A stretch of DNA of 64,000 nt from Clostridia bacterium (lineage in GTDB: Bacteria; Bacillota; Clostridia; TANB77; CAG-465): positions 7,831 to 71,830 of the forward strand of contig JBJEXW010000037.1 of the NCBI GenBank assembly GCA_051886195.1, given 5' to 3'. A program made the position numbers and the translations under genes. The first letter of the stretch is position 1. Each line of letters starts with the position of its first letter. Below the pieces are notes generated by a model, which saw only the letters and a program-made list of their open reading frames with translations, made no database searches and was not told where the DNA came from. Positions 56,808 to 64,000 of this stretch are shown one piece after another.

Positions 56808-57435
56808 TTTAAAAAATTTAATAATAACAATAATTGTATGTTTGTTGCCTATTATTATTGGAGTTTTATTTTATAATAAACTACCAGAAAGTGTTGCTAT
56901 TCATTGGGGAATAAATAATAATCCTAATGGATACTTTTCAAAATTAGCATTTGTATTTGGATTACCAATTATGATGGCTGCATTACAGATGTTTTGTTGT
57001 ATTAGTAGTGATTTATCAGATAAAAATCCTGAAGCAAATAAAAAAGCTGTTACTATATTTAAATGGATTATTCCAATTTTAACAATAGTTTTATATATAA
57101 TTACTATTATGTATGCTTTAGGAAGTAACTTAGATATAAGAAAAATTACAATGGTTATACTTGGTATTATATTTATTGTTTTTGGAAATTATATGCCAAA
57201 AGTTAGAGGCAGTTATTATATAAATATGAAAGCTCTTTGGATAAAAAACAAAGATGAAAAGATAGCAAATAGGGCAATAAAACATATTGCTTATATGCTA
57301 ATAATTACAGGAATACTATGTATATTAAGTATACTATTTGAACCGATTATAAGCATTATTATAGTTTGTATAAGTATAATATATACATTAGTTATTTATA
57401 TTTATGTATATATTAAAAGTGGAAAAAGTAGATAG
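56794..57435 (+). CDS. DUF1648/SdpI-family membrane protein
   Basis: LPESVAIHWGINNNPNGYFSK (DUF1648-like) and a later GNYMPKV segment, with about 6 TM helices. It overlaps the regulator gene by 14 nt. Confidence 0.65.
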   Translation: MKKINLKNLIITIIVCLLPIIIGVLFYNKLPESVAIHWGINNNPNGYFSKLAFVFGLPIMMAALQMFCCISSDLSDKNPEANKKAVTIFKWIIPILTIVLYIITIMYALGSNLDIRKITMVILGIIFIVFGNYMPKVRGSYYINMKALWIKNKDEKIANRAIKHIAYMLIITGILCILSILFEPIISIIIVCISIIYTLVIYIYVYIKSGKSR

Positions 57436-57446
57436 GAGTTGTTGAT

Positions 57447-58319
57447 ATGGAAAGTATTCTTGAAATACAGAATTTGACAAAGTATTATGGAAAAATAAAA
57501 GGAGTAGAAAATTTATCACTAAAACTAAATAAAGGAGAGATATTTGGCTTTATTGGCCCAAATGGAGCTGGTAAATCTACTACTATTCGTTCTATTATGA
57601 ATTTAATAAACAAAACTAGTGGGAAAGTATTAATTGAAGGAAAGGAATTTTTAAAGGACGATATAGGAATAAAAGAAAAAATAGGATATTTACCAAGTGA
57701 AATATACTTATATGATGATTTAACAGTAAAAGAAATGTTAGATTATCATGAGCGTTTTTATAAAAAAGATATTCATGGAAGAAGAATAGAATTAGTAAAA
57801 AGATTTGAGTTAGATGAAGAGAAAAAAGTAGAAGATTTATCTCTAGGAAATCTAAAAAAATTAGGAATTGTTCTAAGCTTTATGCATGAGCCTAAAATAT
57901 TAATATTGGATGAGCCAACTAGTGGATTAGATCCAATAATGCAAAATAGATTTTATGAATTATTAAAAGAAGAAAAGCAAAAGGGAGCAACTATTTTCTA
58001 TTCAACACACATTTTAAGCGAAGTATCAAAAATATGTGATAGAGTTGGAATAATTAAAGAAGGAAAATTAATTCAAGTAGAAAAGATAGATGATTTGTTA
58101 AAGAAAGGACTTACATATGTTACTTTAACATCCAGAGATAATGATAAGATAATTTCAGACTTAAATTTAAATGTAACTAATAAAAATGAAGATACAATAA
58201 GATTTTCAAATAGTATTTCTAGTGATAAGCTAATAAAAGAACTATCAAAATATAGTATTGATAGAATTTTAATAGAAGAGGCTACACTTGAGGATATGTT
58301 CTTACATTATTATAAATAG
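57447..58319 (+). CDS. ABC transporter ATP-binding protein
   Basis: Walker A GPNGAGKST, signature LSLGNLKKL, Walker B LILDEPTSGLD. Confidence 0.9.
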   Translation: MESILEIQNLTKYYGKIKGVENLSLKLNKGEIFGFIGPNGAGKSTTIRSIMNLINKTSGKVLIEGKEFLKDDIGIKEKIGYLPSEIYLYDDLTVKEMLDYHERFYKKDIHGRRIELVKRFELDEEKKVEDLSLGNLKKLGIVLSFMHEPKILILDEPTSGLDPIMQNRFYELLKEEKQKGATIFYSTHILSEVSKICDRVGIIKEGKLIQVEKIDDLLKKGLTYVTLTSRDNDKIISDLNLNVTNKNEDTIRFSNSISSDKLIKELSKYSIDRILIEEATLEDMFLHYYK

Positions 58320-58332
58320 GAGGAAAGTAATT

Positions 58333-59124
58333 ATGTTTAAAAGAGAATTAAAAATTAATTTTAAAAATTTTATTATATGGACATCTATTTTAATTGTACT
58401 ATTTTTAGTTGTATTTTTAGTATATCCTTCAATAATAACTAGTGAGAATATAAAATTGATGGATGAAATGATGAAAATGTTTCCTGAAGAAATGCTTAAA
58501 GCATTTAATATGGATATTACAAGTATAGATAGTGCATTTGGATGGCTTAAGACAGAAGGATTTATATTTGTTCTTTTAATAACTGGAATATATAGCGGTA
58601 TATTAGGTTCAAATATACTATTAAAAGAAGAAAATGATAAAACAATTGAATATTTAAATAGTTTACCAATAAAAAGAATAAATATAGTAAGTAATAAAAT
58701 TATATGTGGCATTATATATATAGTTTCAATGATATTAATAGTAGCTTTGTTTAATTTTATAGGATTAAGTCTAAGTGGTGATTTTGATAAAAAATCATAC
58801 TTACTACTAAGTATCACACCTATTTTTTCTTCAATTGTTATATTTGCATCATGTTTGTTTATATCAACGTTTACGCATAAAACAAAGAAAACATTGGGAA
58901 TAAGTCTTGGAATTGTATTTATAAGTTATTTCTTACAAATTATATCTGAGCTAAATGAAAAAACAGAATTTCTAAAATATTTATCTATATTTACTTTAGC
59001 AGACATACGTAATGTTATTATTGATGTTGCAATTAATCCACTACTAGTTGCTATATCACTATTAATTACACTCTTATTTATAATATTAACAATAATACAT
59101 TATAATAAAAAAGAATTAGTATAA
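58333..59124 (+). CDS. ABC-2 type transporter permease
   Basis: 263 aa with six TM helices. The ATG at 58333 follows AGGAGGAAAG. The track 5' extension overlaps the ATPase gene. Confidence 0.7.
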   Translation: MFKRELKINFKNFIIWTSILIVLFLVVFLVYPSIITSENIKLMDEMMKMFPEEMLKAFNMDITSIDSAFGWLKTEGFIFVLLITGIYSGILGSNILLKEENDKTIEYLNSLPIKRINIVSNKIICGIIYIVSMILIVALFNFIGLSLSGDFDKKSYLLLSITPIFSSIVIFASCLFISTFTHKTKKTLGISLGIVFISYFLQIISELNEKTEFLKYLSIFTLADIRNVIIDVAINPLLVAISLLITLLFIILTIIHYNKKELV

Positions 59125-59140
59125 TATATATTAATTGCGA

Positions 59141-59174
59141 AGGTGGATTATTTTAATCCATCTATTATTTTTTT
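59141..59174 (+). terminator. rho-independent terminator
   Basis: Stem AGGTGGATTA / TAATCCATCT (one G-T pair) followed by ATTATTTTTTTT. Confidence 0.65.
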
Positions 59175-59258
59175 AACAAAACTGACCACCTAGTACAATG
59201 ACATTTAAAATAACAAATGATAGAATATAATAAAATATAATTTAGGAGATGGAAAAAA

Positions 59259-61115
59259 ATGAGCATAATTAATTTCAAAATGCCAGAAATAAAATTTAAG
59301 AAAATGAAGATTAATCCAATTGATGGACTTGAAGACTTGGATTATGAAAAGGAGCAAAAAAAGAATAATAAGCAAAAAAGAAATACTCCTTACGAGGACA
59401 GAACACATTATAAAACAATTAAAGAAGCGTTTTTAGATGCTGCTACAAAATATCCTTTAAAAGATTGTATACTAGAAAAGCCATCACATAAGGAACCATA
59501 TAAAGTAGTAAATTATCAAGAGTTTAAAGAAGACGTATGGGCTTTAGGTTCTGCATTAATTAAAAATTTAAACCTAAAAGATAAAAGAGTTATTATTATA
59601 GGAGAAACTCAATATGGATGGTATGTATCATATATGGCAATGCTTTGTGGAGTTGGGATAGCAGTGCCAACTGATAGAGAGTTACCTATAAATGAACTTG
59701 AAAATATTGTTAAAAGGTCAAGAGCTTCTGCAATTATTTATTCTTCAAAAAAAGCAAATGACATTAAAGAGATAAAAGAAAGAATTCCAGAAGTTGAATA
59801 CTTTATTGAGATGAAGTCAGGTAAACCATTAGAAGGAAAAGACGTTGGACTTGATTACTTAATAAATTTGGGAAAAAATATAATTGCATCTGGAGACACT
59901 ACTTATAACAATATAGAAATTGATCCAGAAGAGTTTAAGGTATTATTTTTTACATCTGGTACAACTTCAAACGCCAAAGGAGTTATGCTTAATAATAGAA
60001 ATTTAGCAGAAAACATTAATGCAGTAACAGCATATGTAAGAATATATCCATCAGATAGATTATTTTCGGTATTGCCTCTACATCATTGTTACGAGTCTAC
60101 AATTGGATTTCTACTTCCTATGTCAAGAGGTGCATCTATTGCAATATGTGAAGGATTAAAATATATAGTTCCAAATTTACAAGAGGCAAAGCCTACCGGA
60201 ATACTAACTGTTCCATTATTAGTTGAAAGTCTTTATAAGAAAATAAATGAAAAAATCGTAAAAAGCAAAAAAGATAAGATTGTAAAGAATATGATAAGTA
60301 TGACAGATATCTTAAAAAGTGCTGGAATAGATATTAAAAGAAAAGTATTTAAAGATATTTATGATAATTTAGGTGGAAAATTAAGAATAATTGTATCTGC
60401 AGCTGCTCCAATAGATAAAGAAGTTGGAGAATGGCTTGAAGGCATAGGAATTACTTTTTTACAAGGATATGGCCTAACAGAAACAGCTCCAATTTCTGCA
60501 TTGACACCAGAGTATAAAACATGCGTAGGTTCAACAGGAAAAGCTATAGTTCAAGCAGATATAAAGATAGATAATCCAAATGAAAATGGTGAAGGGGAAC
60601 TTTTAATAAAAACACCTACATTAATGATTGGATACTATGAAAATGAAGAAGAAACAAAGAAAGTTATAGATGAAAGTGGATATTTTCATTCAGGAGATGT
60701 TGGATATATAAATGAAGAAGGCTATATTTATATAACAGGTAGAAGCAAAAACGTAATAGTAACACAAAATGGAAAGAATATATATCCTGAAGAAATTGAA
60801 ATGTTACTAGATAAAGTTGAAGAAATAAAAGAAAGTATGGTATATGGTAAACAGCCAGAAAAGAATAACAAAAAGGAGAATAAAGAATTAATTATAACTG
60901 CTAGAGTAATTCCAGATTATAGTAAAATTGAAGAACTATATGGTCAAAAGGATAAAGATGAAGTTTATGATATTATATGGAAAAAAATAAAAGAAGTAAA
61001 TAAAAAGCTTGAAACATATAAAGCAATAAAATCTTTAGAAATAAAAAATGGAGAATTTGAAAAGAGCTCAACAATGAAAATTAAAAGATATAAGGAATTA
61101 GAGAAAAAGTGCTAG
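59259..61115 (+). CDS. long-chain acyl-CoA synthetase (AMP-forming)
   Basis: AMP-binding motifs FFTSGTTSNAKGVML, GYGLTETAP and HSGDVGYINEEGYIYITGRSKN. It has a ~50-aa K-rich N-terminal extension. Confidence 0.85.
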   Translation: MSIINFKMPEIKFKKMKINPIDGLEDLDYEKEQKKNNKQKRNTPYEDRTHYKTIKEAFLDAATKYPLKDCILEKPSHKEPYKVVNYQEFKEDVWALGSALIKNLNLKDKRVIIIGETQYGWYVSYMAMLCGVGIAVPTDRELPINELENIVKRSRASAIIYSSKKANDIKEIKERIPEVEYFIEMKSGKPLEGKDVGLDYLINLGKNIIASGDTTYNNIEIDPEEFKVLFFTSGTTSNAKGVMLNNRNLAENINAVTAYVRIYPSDRLFSVLPLHHCYESTIGFLLPMSRGASIAICEGLKYIVPNLQEAKPTGILTVPLLVESLYKKINEKIVKSKKDKIVKNMISMTDILKSAGIDIKRKVFKDIYDNLGGKLRIIVSAAAPIDKEVGEWLEGIGITFLQGYGLTETAPISALTPEYKTCVGSTGKAIVQADIKIDNPNENGEGELLIKTPTLMIGYYENEEETKKVIDESGYFHSGDVGYINEEGYIYITGRSKNVIVTQNGKNIYPEEIEMLLDKVEEIKESMVYGKQPEKNNKKENKELIITARVIPDYSKIEELYGQKDKDEVYDIIWKKIKEVNKKLETYKAIKSLEIKNGEFEKSSTMKIKRYKELEKKC

Positions 61116-61144
61116 TTTTAATTTTAATTTTTTTCCAAAAAAGC

Positions 61145-61173
61145 TTACATTGAAAATTAAAATATGATATAAT
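61145..61173 (+). promoter_or_regulatory. sigma-A-type promoter upstream of the MATE fusion gene
   Basis: TTACAT, 17-nt spacer, TATAAT with a TGa extension. Confidence 0.5.
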
Positions 61174-61192
61174 ATATACATATCGAGCAGTA

Positions 61193-61236
61193 AGATAACG
61201 TAAGTCCAGATAACGGATTTACGTTATCTTTTTTTC
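61193..61236 (+). terminator. terminator hairpin between the promoter and the MATE start (leader attenuator, or terminator of the upstream gene)
   Basis: Perfect 11-bp stem AGATAACGTAA (61193-61203) / TTACGTTATCT (61219-61229) followed by T7. The loop carries a second GATAACG copy (61209-61215). Confidence 0.6.
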
Positions 61237-61263
61237 TGCTAAAAAAGAAAAGGAGAAAAAAAT

Positions 61264-63252
61264 ATGAAAGAATTAGATTTAGGAAAGGAAAAAATAAGCA
61301 AGCTGTTATTAACTTTTGCAATACCATGTATAATTAGTATGCTAATTAACTCTATTTATAACATAGTTGACCAAATATTTATTGGAAAAGGTGTTGGAAG
61401 TTTAGGTAATGCTGCTACTAATGTTATTTTTCCAATTGTGATTATTTGTACAGGTATTGCACAATTAATAGGAAATGGTTGTGCAGCAAATTTAAGTTTA
61501 CTTTTAGGTCAAGGTAAAAAGAAAGAAGCTAAAAATAGCGTTGGTACAGCGATAACTGTGCTATTTATTGCATCATTACTTGTATGCGGAATAGGTGAAA
61601 TATTCTTACCAAAACTTGTATATTTATTTGGTTGCACAGAAAATGCATATGAATTATCTATGATTTATGGAAGAATAATACTTGCTGGAGCACCATTTAT
61701 GATTATTTATACTGGACTTTCTGCTATAATAAGATCAGACGGTTCACCTAAATATTCAATGGTATGCTTGCTTAGCGGAGCTATAGTTAACTTAATACTA
61801 GATCCAGTATTAATATTTGGATTTGACCAAGGTGTTGCAGGTGGTGCCATAGCAACAATACTTGGACAAATATTGTCTTGTGTAATAGCAATAGTCTATT
61901 TATTTAGAATGAAAACTATTAAATTAGAATTAGTAGACTATAAAATAGATAAATCAATACTTAAAACATTAAGTTATGGTACTTCAAGTTTTATTATTCA
62001 AATGACTGTTCTTGCATTGTTTATAACAATGAATAATGTTATGACTAAATATGGAGTTTTAACTAAATATGGAGCAGATATACCACTTTCAGTATATGGA
62101 GTAGTATCAAAATTAAATAATTTATATGTGTCATTCATATTAGGTCTTGCAGTTGGTTCTCAACCAATTTTAGGATTTAATTTTGGTGCTGGTAAATTTG
62201 ATAGAGTAAAGGAAACAATTAGAAAAGTTGTTTTATTTGGATTTATAATAGGAATTGTATTTAATCTAACATTACAATTAATTCCAACACAATTAATAGA
62301 TTTGTTTGCAACAAAAACAGATCCAAATTATAATTTATTTATAGAATTTGGGGTAAAATGCTGTAGAATATTCTTAATGATTTGCTTCTTAAATGCATTT
62401 GAAATGACATGTAGTATTGTATTTCAGTCTTTAGGTAGTGTAAAAAAAGCAAGCTTTGTATCATTTTTAAGACAAATAATATTATTTATTCCACTTTGCT
62501 TAATTATTTCTAGTAGGGTAGGACTTATGGGAGCATTATATGCTGGGCCAATAGCAGATGCAATTTGCTTTGTGATAGTTACAATATTATTTATATTTGA
62601 ATATAAGAAAATAGGAAAAGAAAAGACTACAAGTCATGCACTAGTGGATGATACAAATAGTGATAATGTATTAAATACTAAAGTAATTATTACAATTAGT
62701 AGAGAATACGGTTCAGGTGGAAGATATATAGGAAGAATGGTAGCAGATAAACTTGGAATTAAGTTTTATGATAAAGATCTTATAAAGATTGTTTCTAAAG
62801 AGGCAGGAATGACTGAAGAATTTATTGAGGAAAATGAGCAAAAAAGAGAATGGGGATCAAGTTTAAACTCTGAATATAATTCTGATGATAAACTATTTAT
62901 TGCAGAAACAAAAGTAATAAAAGAAATTGCAAATAATCATTCTTGCGTAATAATAGGAAGATGTGCAGATTATATTTTAAAAGATAATCCAAATGTTATT
63001 AAAATATTTATATATAGTAGTCAAAAAGATAAAATAAATAGAGCAGTTAAATATTATAATATGGATGAGAAGACTGCCAAAAAAGAAATAGAAAAAGTAA
63101 ATAAAGAAAGAGCAAAACATTATAAATACTATACAAATAAAGAATGGGCAGATATAAATAATTATGATTTTGCATTTAATAGTGATTATTTAGGCGTTGA
63201 AAATACAGCTGAATTAATAAAAGATATAGTAATGAAAAAATATAATATTTAG
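61264..63252 (+). CDS. MATE efflux transporter fused to a C-terminal cytidylate-kinase-like (Cytidylate_kin2-type) domain
   Basis: 662-aa continuous ORF. Residues ~1-450 form a 12-TM MATE-like region (KLLLTFAIPCIISMLINSIYNIVDQIFIG). Residues ~470-662 start VIITISREYGSGGRYIGRMVADKLGIKFYDKDLI, typical of stand-alone cytidylate-kinase-like family proteins. Confidence 0.85.
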   Translation: MKELDLGKEKISKLLLTFAIPCIISMLINSIYNIVDQIFIGKGVGSLGNAATNVIFPIVIICTGIAQLIGNGCAANLSLLLGQGKKKEAKNSVGTAITVLFIASLLVCGIGEIFLPKLVYLFGCTENAYELSMIYGRIILAGAPFMIIYTGLSAIIRSDGSPKYSMVCLLSGAIVNLILDPVLIFGFDQGVAGGAIATILGQILSCVIAIVYLFRMKTIKLELVDYKIDKSILKTLSYGTSSFIIQMTVLALFITMNNVMTKYGVLTKYGADIPLSVYGVVSKLNNLYVSFILGLAVGSQPILGFNFGAGKFDRVKETIRKVVLFGFIIGIVFNLTLQLIPTQLIDLFATKTDPNYNLFIEFGVKCCRIFLMICFLNAFEMTCSIVFQSLGSVKKASFVSFLRQIILFIPLCLIISSRVGLMGALYAGPIADAICFVIVTILFIFEYKKIGKEKTTSHALVDDTNSDNVLNTKVIITISREYGSGGRYIGRMVADKLGIKFYDKDLIKIVSKEAGMTEEFIEENEQKREWGSSLNSEYNSDDKLFIAETKVIKEIANNHSCVIIGRCADYILKDNPNVIKIFIYSSQKDKINRAVKYYNMDEKTAKKEIEKVNKERAKHYKYYTNKEWADINNYDFAFNSDYLGVENTAELIKDIVMKKYNI

Positions 63253-63260
63253 AATATAAG

Positions 63261-63295
63261 TAGATAGAAAAAGGTTATTTTCTATCTATTTTTTT
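63261..63295 (+). terminator. rho-independent terminator
   Basis: Stem TAGATAGAAAA / TTTTCTATCTA followed by T7. Confidence 0.8.
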
Positions 63296-63348
63296 ATTGT
63301 TAGTTTTCAAATTTTATGTTACTATATAAAAGAAGGGTGAAAATAATT

Positions 63349-63804
63349 ATGGAGAGAATAATAGAAATAGATTTAATAGATAAGTATGACTTAGTTGAAA
63401 AGTATAATGAAAAAAATGTATCAAGTGCATTAATAAAATATATTATCAATGAGGCAATGTATATACCTAAAAAAGATAAAATTGTAATTGAGATTAATAA
63501 AAAATTTCCATCTGTTAAAAGTTGTAAAACATTAATTGTTGATGGACTAAAAAGAGAATATAACGAGAGTCTTAGATTGCATAAGCTAATAGATATAAAA
63601 CAATGGATCTTCTTGATTTGGGGAATAGTTGCACTTTTTTTATCTACTTTATTTAATAATGAAATTATTGAAGAAATATTAATAATTGGTGCTTGGGTGC
63701 CTTTATGGGAAGTTATAGATTTGGAAGTGTTTGCTGATCATGATGAGAGAAAGAAAAGAAGAGTATTAAAAAAATTGATTAAAAGTGAAATAATAGAGAA
63801 ATAA
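63349..63804 (+). CDS. hypothetical membrane protein
   Basis: 151 aa. The ATG at 63349 follows AAGGGTGA. Two central TM helices. No motif recognised. Confidence 0.5.
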   Translation: MERIIEIDLIDKYDLVEKYNEKNVSSALIKYIINEAMYIPKKDKIVIEINKKFPSVKSCKTLIVDGLKREYNESLRLHKLIDIKQWIFLIWGIVALFLSTLFNNEIIEEILIIGAWVPLWEVIDLEVFADHDERKKRRVLKKLIKSEIIEK

Positions 63805-63819
63805 TAGTATATTAAATAG

Positions 63820-63863
63820 CTTTATATCATGTAAAATATTGCATGATATAGAGTTATTTTTTT
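63820..63863 (+). terminator. rho-independent terminator
   Basis: Stem CTTTATATCATG / CATGATATAGAG (one G-T pair) followed by TTATTTTTTT. Confidence 0.7.
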
Positions 63864-63904
63864 ATCTATTGAATATTTTTATAAAAAAATGCTAATATAG
63901 TATT

Positions 63905-64000
63905 ATGAAAAAAAGAATCTTAATTATATTTATATTTTGTATATATTTTTTAAATAGTAATAATATATTTGCTAATATAGGAGATTTAGATGTTAATGCC
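63905..64000 (+). CDS. 5' end of a secreted protein gene (truncated by the window edge)
   Basis: Open to the window end. The product MKKRILIIFIFCIYFLNSNNIFANIGDLDVNA looks like a signal peptide. No clear RBS. Confidence 0.35.
   Translation, partial: MKKRILIIFIFCIYFLNSNNIFANIGDLDVNA

Noticed and set aside
58302-58817. 171-aa minus-strand ORF
   Set aside because: It is antisense to the ABC-2 permease that completes the ABC operon. There is no start context.

Overview
This is a very AT-rich chromosomal segment from an anaerobic, endospore-forming Firmicute. It looks Clostridium-like, judging by SpoIVA, the anaerobic ribonucleotide reductase NrdDG, an [FeFe]-hydrogenase, and the GGAGG-type RBS style. 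I call about 64 protein-coding genes, one tRNA-Trp, and many stem-loop/T-tract terminators and sigma-A-type promoters. Only pyk and a J-domain gene are on the minus strand. Where an in-frame ATG or TTG sits at proper distance from a Shine-Dalgarno, I trimmed the ORF-track starts. Core content: pyk; a nine-gene Fe-S/thiolation unit (sufC-sufB-sufD, a tyrosine-phosphatase-like gene, sufS-sufU, an Rrf2 regulator, a second cysteine desulfurase, mnmA); spoIVA; pyrG; tsaD; guanine deaminase; nrdDG; cls. Accessory-looking content: a run of monocistronic exported or membrane proteins (15.7-19.6 kb); a 1615-aa surface protein with six MucBP-like repeats; a glycolipid GT/acyltransferase pair; a membrane protein plus ABC-2 exporter; a cadC/HMA/cadA metal module; DUF362, cupin and a rubredoxin-fused [FeFe]-hydrogenase; a MerR/GyrI regulator; an SdpR/SdpI-like pair with an ABC-2 exporter; an acyl-CoA synthetase; and a MATE transporter fused to a cytidylate-kinase-like domain. 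I saw no rRNA, CRISPR array, transposase, integrase, phage gene or recognisable defence gene. I could not identify one unambiguous novel system. The items most worth a second look are the fused suf/iscR-nifS-mnmA unit with an embedded phosphatase, the MATE/cytidylate-kinase-like fusion and its leader hairpin, the structured leader ahead of a DUF2798-like gene, the twin-palindrome SdpR/SdpI/ABC module, the unusually long non-coding region after spoIVA, a candidate small RNA at about 17.0 kb, and an unannotated 33-codon hydrophobic ORF with a strong RBS. All family assignments come from motif recognition by eye. No database search was run.
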